A stretch of 62,888 nucleotides of DNA, counting the filler, from Intoshia linei (Eukaryota > Animalia > Orthonectida): assembly GCA_001642005.1 (NCBI GenBank). It is 5 parts of 5 records of this genome, joined end to end, with 100 filler letters (N's around TTAATTAATTAA, not from the genome) between each part and the next. Parts side by side here need not be neighbours in the genome. Positions count along the whole stretch, not along the records: positions 35,575 to 56,941 come from LWCA01000656.1; positions 57,042 to 62,888 come from LWCA01001731.1; 3 more parts are not named here. One strand, given 5' to 3'. Of this stretch, positions 53,293 through 62,888 are shown in pieces. Positions within the stretch are counted from its first letter, which is position 1. The number at the start of each line of letters is the position of its first letter. The position numbers were made by a program, and so were the translations under genes. The notes under the pieces were generated by a model, which saw only the letters and a program-made list of their open reading frames with translations, had not been told where the DNA came from and searched no databases.

Positions 53293-56200
53293 ATGAGTCA
53301 TACAAAATTAAACATTTTGGTACAAAAATGCGACGAATTAAAATTGAAAATTACACTTTTGGGTATATTTATAATTTGTACAGTTTTATACAGGTTTAGA
53401 GGGAGATAGCAAATCGTCATATGAAAGTTCAGAATGGAAGCAAAAAAATAATCGTCATAATGTTAAAAAGTTAAGAGATGAATATGATGAACTTTACAGT
53501 TTACGAGCAAATAAAATGATGGTTTATTTTTATCTAGTTTATGTTTTCAGTTTATTATGTTTAGGCTGATTCTGAATTAGTTGCAAAATCTTTAAATGAT
53601 GTACCAGAAGAAAAAAAATGCTTTAGAAATAAATCTGGACTCGTAATCTCATAGATTTTTACTTTCTTTATTATTTAGGTGGCTTTAGATTTAATCAATA
53701 ATAAACACAAGTATTATGTTAATCAATTAAATTACTTGAAGTTTCTCACTGAAAAATACAAAAAAAATCAAAATTTGTTAAAATCAAAACATGAGGAAAT
53801 GCAACAGGAGAATTCCGAGATTAAAGAAACTAAACAAGATGAAACTGCTGTTTCAAAGGTATATTATAATATGAAATTAAATTAAATTTAATGGATTGAT
53901 TTAAACATTGATTTTATAATGAAAATAAATTGCTTAAAACCTCAGCCTCCTAGAAAATAGATAATTGAAAATTAAAATTATTTCATAATTTTGCCAGAAT
54001 AAGGAAAAATTTATTTTTAACAATCTCTGTTATATAATTTTAACAGGCCCTAGGGCCTAAGGTTTGCAGAAAGTGTTCACATAATTTATTTAATTTATTT
54101 TCAATTTTATTAGGGTATTCAGTGAAGGTAATTTGGTGATTTTTTATATGAACAATTTGATAAGTTAAAAGAAATAATTAAATTCTTTTAATTTTTTATA
54201 TATAAAATTATTGAAAGTTGTATTTTTCTCTAAAATTTTCGTAAAATTGATTTTTTATAAACGGGTAATGCATCTTATGTATAATATATTTTTGTTATTT
54301 TTAGTTACTGGGAGTGAATTTTTTCATTAAATTTTATAAAAATGGGTTTTTTCTATAAAAAAGTATTTGAAAGCTTATATTTCTCTAAAATTTTCAAAAA
54401 ATTGATTTTTTATCAACGGATAATGGCTATTAGGTATAATAGGATTTTTTTTATTTTTTATTGTATTGGATTTTTCCCTTAAATATTGATGAAATGGTAT
54501 TTTTTATATATTTGATATGGTGGTATTTTTAAACATTGGTAAAATTATACTTTACTCTGAAAGTTTGATAGCATTATATTTTTTATAGATTTTTTTCTTA
54601 GCAGAATAGCATATCTTTAAATTTTTAGTAAGTAGATTTTTGTGTATAAACGTTTTAAAACGAATTATTTATAATAACTGAGTTGTACAATCTGATTTTG
54701 ATGTCTTTGTATATTTTAAATTTAAGGATACCCGTACATTGGAAAACAAATTTGAAAAGAGCAAATTACGATACACAGAAGCATTGCATATTTTTCAGGC
54801 TTATGTAGCTATCAAACAGGACATGCAACAAAATAATCAAACATTTGACCAACAACTGGACCAGTTGGAGAATTCTATTAAAATGTTTGGACACTACATT
54901 AAAATTTAAATAAACTATAGTAAAAATTAAAAAAAAATTAGATCCGAAGCTGAACACGATAAACAATTTAAAGTTAACCAACAAGCTACTTGTAGTAGAG
55001 ATATTGCCATTACTAACTTGGAAAAATGTGAAAAAGAAATTCATTCAGCTAGAAAAGAACGTGAAATGAATATTTCAAAAGTACGAAAACGGGCAGAAGA
55101 AAAAAAACTTCAGTATACCAAAAGGATTGTAATAAATTAATTTTTTAATTTATAATTTTTAAAAAAGGGCGAACCTCAAATACTTAATGATACAAATACC
55201 GGTACAATGACACTAGATGACAATGATGAATTTGGAATAAGTAAAATATCATTATACGCACAAGCTATAACAAAAATTAAACAGGCGACTGGGGTTACCG
55301 ACACAAAGGTTTAATTTTCATTCAAATATTTTTACTTATTTTTATTGTAACTATTTTTTTATTATATGGGTAGGAAGTTGTGATACGTTTTGAAAATCAA
55401 GGTGAATCGAAGAATCGACTTGAAAATATTAAAAATGAAAATAAAGAAAATACCACTAAACTTGAAGAGAAATGCATAAATTTAATTCAAGAATTTAATC
55501 AAATGAGATACTCGGGAAATGACAAAATAGTAGAGTAAGTTTTTTTTCATTTTATTTTTATATTCAATGATTCATTTTCTGATAAAATTTTTACAAATAA
55601 CCTAAAATCACGTAAAGCATAATTATTAATTATTAAAATGTAACAATGTTTTATTAATGCTACTTTTTAAATAGAGCTCAAATAGTTTTGGAGGAAAAAC
55701 GAAAAGAATTTAGTGTTATTAAATTTAATTTAAAAGAGGTTAATGAAAATTTGGATATGTCTTTGGCTTTACTTTTATCTATTAAATCTGGTTTAAATCA
55801 TTTATTGGACAAGCTGCAACCGGTTACATTTTTTATTTATTTATTAACTTTACAGAGTCATCTCTCTGATTAGTAGATCATTAATTTACTTACTTTTGGT
55901 AAAAATGATATTCAAACAAAAGGTCTATCAAAAATTCTTCATTTAAAAAAAGTAAAGATACATTTTTTCTTTTCTTTATATGTATATGATCTCAATTGGG
56001 ACCTGCTTGTATATAAATTTTAATCTTTATTAGTATAAACTGAATACGTGAATTTAATTTTCTGTATTTCAGATATTTATAAACTTGCTAAACTGTTTAA
56101 AACAGTGAAACACAAAACGCGCCCATCTACTAATAGTTTATGCGTTTTATAAATTTTCTAATTTTCAACAAAAATTGATTGGATTTTCTAAATATTGTCT

Positions 56201-56713
56201 TGCTGGTCACAGGAACTTTTTTTGGAGAATATCTACTTTAGGTTACTATTGATGAAAAGATATAGCAGTATTATAATTGTGTATTTACTTAAATGTGCCG
56301 GGAATATTATTATATTTTAATTACAAAATTTTAAGAATGCAAATGATTTGGAAAAATTAAAATCGCGAGATTCTGAAAAATACTCATTTCAACAATTATC
56401 CTTATGTGATGAAAAAATTGATGAAATCATGTTAGAACTTAAAGATGACGATATCAACTCTACCTGGAATTTATTGAATCAAAATGAAGTAATTTTTTTC
56501 AATTTAGTTTTACTATTAGCTTAACTAAAAAATTAGCTTTATTTAAAAAGGTTGCCAATATTATAAAATTTATAACACTGAACCAATTGGGTTAAATTTT
56601 TTATTTATTTATTTTATTTCCAATATAGTACATCAGTATGATTGAATTGGGACAACCAGAATACAATACTCATATAAAACTAAAAATTAGAAAAAAGGAA
56701 AATGCATTTGATG
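53293..56713 (+). CDS. ODAD3: Outer dynein arm docking complex subunit 3 (CCDC151), 3' end missing at the gap
   Basis: ELKLKITLL|GLEGDSKSSYESSEW; RTLENKFEK; ITKIKQATGVTD; PEYNTHIKL. Confidence 0.8.
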
Positions 56714-56719
56714 GTAATA

Positions 56720-56941
56720 TTAGGTCGTTTCATAAGTAATGTCATTTTTTTAACAAAATTAAAAAGTTTATTTGATTACATTAAAAATAAAGTTATATTA
56801 TAAAATATTCAACATTGCTTTCCAGTCTTTTTTTAACGTTCCGGTAGTCTATTTATACCATTAGCATAAAAACTCGCTTCTTTATGTGACAAAAACTTTT
56901 CTATGTCCAATTTTAACCCTTCATTTGAAGTGTATTTTTTA
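56720..56941 (-). mobile_element. mariner 3' end with TIR
   Basis: FLSHKEASFYANGINRLPER C-terminus; TA-TTAGGTCG terminus. Confidence 0.75.
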
Positions 56942-57149
56942 NNNNNNNNNNNNNNNNNNNNNNNNNNNNNNNNNNNNNNNNNNNNTTAATTAATTAANNN
57001 NNNNNNNNNNNNNNNNNNNNNNNNNNNNNNNNNNNNNNNNNAATGAACTATACGACATTATTTATCCAAGTCAGATTAAGCGTAGATATAAAAATGTCAA
57101 AAAGTCACATTTATTAATTATAAAAATTAATAATTTATAAATGATTATT

Positions 57150-59126
57150 TCATTCCTCACAATGATGTGTAAAATTGAGGTCACTAAAATACCTTTTTCA
57201 TGGTTTACATAGTAATACGGACCAATTCAGATTGGACATAGAAAATTATTTAGATAAATGAGAAATGATTCATAAATAATCTCTTATCATATTCTTAGGG
57301 TTTTTTCCTTTTTATTTCGATTCAAATGTTTTGAATTGTTGATGAAATCTTTCACCATGTCCATCAGAGAATGCACCACAGTTTAAGGGGAAACACTTGA
57401 ATGACACATTATGACGTGTACTTTATTGCAATTTGCAGAACACCCATTTCTTTAAAATTTGCGACCATAGTTTTGATGATATTTAGGTAGTTTTCACTTC
57501 TATTAATCCCAAGAAAATTTTCACATACGGCATTTATACTCAGTCATGTTTTTTTTCAAGTATATTCATATAATCAACAAATATTATACTTTTTTTTAAT
57601 TTTTTTATGTTGGGTCCAGTTACGACGCCTTTTAAAATTTTTTCATTGTTAATTCGTGGTAATATTGATCTTATTATAGGATTAACCAAGTAAGGCTTAT
57701 CTCCTTTTTTTTGAAACGCTTTCAAAAATTGAGAATACAAACCTAATTTCACATGTAAGGGAGGCAACAATATATTTTTGTATGGTACTAATGGCTGATG
57801 AATATAGTTATGACAATTCAAAGTAAAAATATTCCTTTTTTCGTAGTTTTGTGTAATATAATGTTGACTTCTATTAGTCGCATTGAATGTAGACATAGAA
57901 AACAAGGGTATGATGTATTTCCACTTTGAATTCCCGTCAAATATGTAACTATTTTTAGATCACACATTATACTCCATATGTTGTTGTTGTATTCCAATAG
58001 ATTTAGGAGAATCTTAAATGTTTCATATGATTATTTTTTTCCGGTAGAATATGCAATTGGGATGGGCATATAATATGTTTACTATCTATTAAGACTACTT
58101 TTAAGCTATCTGTGGATGCATCCATACATAAATACCAGTCAGATACTTTATATTTTATTTTTAAAGCTATCATCAAGTGATCTACATCGTTACAATAAAA
58201 TAATCCGTCTTTTTCAATGTAAAATCTTGAATAAATCCTATTTCTTAATTTGTGAAAAGTTGAAGTAACATTTTTTCAACTAATTTATGTTGTTTCAACT
58301 TTTTATTTAAATATTCTGACTTTTCTATAGATAAATTTAAATCTGCAATAATATTTTCTATTTCTGATTTTAATAGACAATTACTTTCAATATATTCAAT
58401 ATAATCAGAATCATTAACATTATCTTCATATAATTCATCAATAGAACTGTCCTTTTTTATTTTAGTTGTTCTGATAGGCTTTTTTGATGAAAGAATATCA
58501 GGGTATTCATTCATACGTGGTAAATGTCTTAATTTGAAATTCAATTTAACAATCGAAAGAAGAAACAGTCCTCTGGGTGATTCTTTGGTTCTGACCATAA
58601 TCTTGGTTGAGAAAATATAATGGAACGACCATTATTTGAATACTTGGTTAACATTGCATAACATGTATTACATCATCTATTTGGTGTCCAATCACTATCG
58701 GAGCTAATATTGTAGACCAAAAACTTTTTTATAAACAAATCCAATCGTTTTAGAATTCGTCAACAAATAACTCTTTCCTAAATAGAATATAGATTAATTA
58801 ATAAGATATTTACCTAAACTTTTCATATACATACCGCAAATATAGGAAAATTTATTAGCAATTCTATAACATTCCATTTTAAATAAATGCAACAAACAAC
58901 TGATATTGACAACAATTAATTTAATTTGAATTTATTTACATTATTATACTTAATAGATTTTATACGTTGTTTTAAAATTTAAAATACACAATTTTAAAAT
59001 TGTTTACCCTATAGCTCCTTAATTTGACTTGGAAATAAACAGAAATTTTAGAGAATTGGAGATATTTTCATGTTAAGTATTCTAATATTAAAAAATTCGG
59101 AAAGGCATTTTTAGTATTGGACAGTG
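57150..59126 (-). mobile_element. Chapaev3-like (CMC) transposon relic
   Basis: WSEPKNHPEDCFF, ILLPPLHVKLGL, GVVTGPNIKKL, CGAFSDGHGERFHQ; 5' CACTG terminus at 59126 flanked by TTA. Confidence 0.8.
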
Positions 59127-59612
59127 TTATATATTAATTTTCTAATTAAAATTTGTAAAAAAATAATTCGTTTTTTTGGCAATAAATTGTGTATGCCTTG
59201 ATAAATTCCTAAAACAGGGTCGGTAACCTTTATACTTATCCGAGTCAGTCACTTAATAAAATTGCAAATTAAAAAAAATGGTTTTATTTTTGTATATTGA
59301 TAATGAGGTTCTACAAAGAGTGTATGTAATAATAATTGGTTCTCTGAGTTTTGTTTACCAAATTGAATTAATTTTTTTATGATTTTAATGTTTACGGTGT
59401 CTGTAAAATAAATAAATTCACTGACCTGTTGAAATTTATCTAAGGGTTTAAGTTGCTAACCCTGTCCAAATCTAAAATATTAAGTTTTTCAATGGTTTAG
59501 TTTTAACATGAGAACTGTGTATTGAAACAGTAAGTTCTTAAAACGATATTATGTATTATTTTTAAAATGTTATGGGTTACGAAAAAATTTCCTTAATAAT
59601 AATACAATTTAG

Positions 59613-61141
59613 GTAGTTGTTAATGCTTTAATTCAAGCAATTCCCTCTATATTCCATGTACTGATAGTGTGCTTATTATTTTGGTTAGTTTTTGGAATAA
59701 TGGGAGTTCATTTGTTTGCTGGAAAATTTCAAAAATGTGTTTATGATAATGGAACAATCATTAGTGTAGATATTATAAAAAATAAAACACAATGCAATTT
59801 ATACAATTACACATGGAAAAATGAAAGAATTAATTTTGATCATATACTTTCCGCCTATTTAGCATTGTTTCATGTGGTAATATCTAAAAAAGTGTAAAAT
59901 TAATTTATATATGTTAGAGGCAATTTAAATAAATAATAAAACTCATACCAATACATCAATTGAAATTGAATACAACATTTATAATTTTCAAATTGCCTGT
60001 AACATATACATTAAATATAAAAATATTTTATATGTTCGGCCCACCAAATTTCTAAAATAAATCATGTGGCCTTGACATCCCTCCATGAATTTGCTTGAAC
60101 GAGTCTGCCATTTACTAACTCAATATTCATATTTGACGTACAACGATTTTTTTATTATTATATACCAGATATATAATACATGTATAATAAATTTACTATA
60201 ACTTAAATACAAAGTATGATTTTATGCAAGTATATTGTGATGATTAATATAATGAAATTAAAGTAATGAAGATATTACAGGGTATTATAAGTAAATTCTA
60301 CCAATTAAAGCACCTTTCAAATTCCAGAAAATTCACTTCATACAGAACCTTATTTACAAAACGGGTTATATAAAATATTAATAATATATATTTAGGCTAC
60401 ATTCAAAGGGTGGATACAAATAATGCGTAACGCAGTTGACAGTACCACTGTAATATTTGTATTATTTTTTTAAAAAAAAAATTTAGATAGATCAACAACC
60501 ATATCGCGATGCTTCAACACATAATTATGCATATTTCATAATATTTATTATATTTGGTTCATTTTTTACTCTAAACCTATTCATTGGAGTTATAATTGAT
60601 AACTTTAACATGCAAAAGAAAAAGGTTACTAATAAATATATTCATTATTTATCTACTATTTATATTACTATACTATTTATATTAGGTTGGTGAAACGGTC
60701 GATTTATTAATGACGGAAAAACAAAAAAGGCTTTATTTAGCTATGAAAAAATATCAAACCAAACAACCTAGGTCAGCCATTGAACCACCAAAAGTATACA
60801 TATATTAATTGTAATATAAATATTTTTAGAATGCAATACTTAAGTTTTGTTTTAATGTGGTGACGTCTCAAAAATTTGATATTTTCATAATGATTATAAT
60901 TTTATTAAATATGATATCAATGTCCCTAGAACATTATAATCAGTCAAAATATTTTACTCAAGTGTTAAGCATAACCAATCAGGTTAATATATAGTTATAT
61001 TGTTGATTACACATATATTACAGATTTTTATTGGAATATTTACATTTGAATGTTGTTTTAAACTGTTAGCTTTACGACAGTTTTATTTCAAAGAGCCTTG
61101 GAATACATTTGATTTCATTATAGTAACTTTATCCATAATTG
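59613..61141 (+). CDS. Voltage-gated sodium channel alpha subunit (Nav1-type), exons for DIII S5 to DIV S3 only
   Basis: [26 protein letters not shown] (DIII Lys filter), [40 protein letters not shown]. Confidence 0.95.
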
Positions 61142-62014
61142 GTAATTTATAATTAATACAATTATTAATAATGGTAAATAAACGGCGATTAATTGATACC
61201 TATAAAAAGCATCATCAATTTAAATATAAAGCATACATCGGACCTCGAAATATTATCACCTACATTATTAATATATTATTATACCACTATTATTCTATAT
61301 TATACTACTATGTTATCATGTACATTATACATTTAACTTTCTCAGAGCCGATTTAATTAATACGACCTAAAAAATATGTGAAGCTGATAAATTACTAATC
61401 GGGTATAAATCACTAACGATATTATGTAAAAATATAATCTATCACCGTTTTCTAGAATATATCATATTACACGATAGTGTCACTTAGAGAGACAAAAATA
61501 AGCTAAATAACTCAAACAGTTGATTGTGGATACACGATGTATTATATTTAAAATTTATTATTTATATATATTATATCAATGAAAATGAGAATTTTTATAA
61601 TCAAAAAAAATAATTAAATTTTATCGTACAGCACTTCATTTTTCAAAAATCTACAAAAAAATGATATACATTTACTCTAATAAACGATTATAACATTAAC
61701 TATATAGTAAATTAAAAAAGAAAGATATATTTTTTTCAATCATATACTTAATTATATGGAACTCCAAAATATCATATTTTATGTTATTTTCTATAATAAT
61801 TATTATTAATTATAATTACTTCTAAATAAATTCAATTTTAAGTTTCATACCTTATCAAAAATTGTTTTTATAGATACAATTATGTTTTCAAATATTTTTA
61901 CTATTGTAAACTTATGTGAATAAAACACTTTTTCAAAAACTTTAACCAAAAAATTCATTTTATCAATCACAAAAGGAAAATAAACGTTAGATATTACGTA
62001 AATGTAGTACAATA

Positions 62015-62600
62015 GGTTCACTGTTATGTACTACGTAGAAACATCACCTAGATCTGCTGAGGGCACATTTTTATTCTACCAAAAAATAAATTCATGTTGA
62101 AAATCTAACTTAAAATCCACTATTCACTATTATCCATAAACAAGTGGTTCCCAAACTTGTTTCAGGTGGAACCATCATATGACATTACTATTGAAAATCT
62201 AACTTAAAAATCCTACTATTCACTATTATCAATTCTTTAAAGGAAAAAATAAATTCACGTTGAAAATCTAATTTAAAAATCCTACTATTCACTATTATCA
62301 ATCCTTTAAAGGAGTGGTTCCCAAAGTTGTTTCAGGTGGAACCATCATATCACATTACTTTTTACTTTAAAGTGAATTATTCTATCTTAATTTTTTTGTT
62401 AACATTAGTGTAAACAATTTTAAAAATAATTGTTATCCTATTTTTTTACTTTATTAGACAAAATGTGTGTATTAGGGTGTCACACCCATCAAAGAATCAA
62501 TGGCAATTAGCACTAAAAGTGTGTATTTTTAAAATAGAAAAACTAATTTGCAATCAAAAATATTTAACGCTATCTATTCGAGTTGCGTTTGTCATTTTAA
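62015..62600 (-). mobile_element. Helitron-like repeat copy with internal tandem duplications
   Basis: Same family as 42505, 43120 and 46428; TTGAAAATCTAA...CTATTCACTATTATC occurs three times. Confidence 0.65.
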
Positions 62601-62888
62601 ATATCACTGTATAATAGGGTGTTCACTTTTTAAACTTTCCGTTTAATTAACAAAAGTATATTTTACTGAGCGTTCGAAATGTAATTTAGAACACAATTAC
62701 CGATTAAATTTTATCTAGTTTTGTAATTTCCTTCGCCTATTTTTTTTTTAAACCTTTTTTAAAAACATGACAGAAGAACTTTATTATTGTTACCACAAAA
62801 ATACCACTTTTTGGCGGTACATTCATTTCAGTTTCAATTTCCACAATTTGTTTTACCCTTCGAACTGAAACATTCGCAGATAATGATG

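Overview
Very AT-rich animal (metazoan) genomic DNA with many tiny GT-AG introns (~30-45 nt). This fits a compact parasitic invertebrate such as the orthonectid Intoshia, but that is inference only. Four 100-bp N gaps, each with an artificial TTAATTAATTAA linker, split the window into five contigs. Recognisable spliced genes: VPS50, a p24-alpha (TMED9/4) 3' part, CCDC137-like, SIN1/MAPKAP1, LRRIQ3, OSBP (5' part missing), poly(A) polymerase, tRNA-Ser(CGA), EXOC5, ODAD3/CCDC151 and part of a Nav1-type sodium channel, plus two orphan genes. Large introns and intergenic DNA are filled with decayed DNA transposons (Tc1/mariner, pogo, hAT, Chapaev, Ginger-like, Helitron-like) and MITEs. The most notable observation is missed by the ORF track: a 67-aa secreted neuropeptide-like precursor at 41155-41546 (-). 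Each of its peptides sits on its own 18-nt microexon, and every KR cleavage site is created by splicing. Also notable: a SIN1 that appears to lack its Ras-binding domain, and an LLM variant of the Nav inactivation gate. All gene models were spliced by hand, so exon edges are approximate unless stated.
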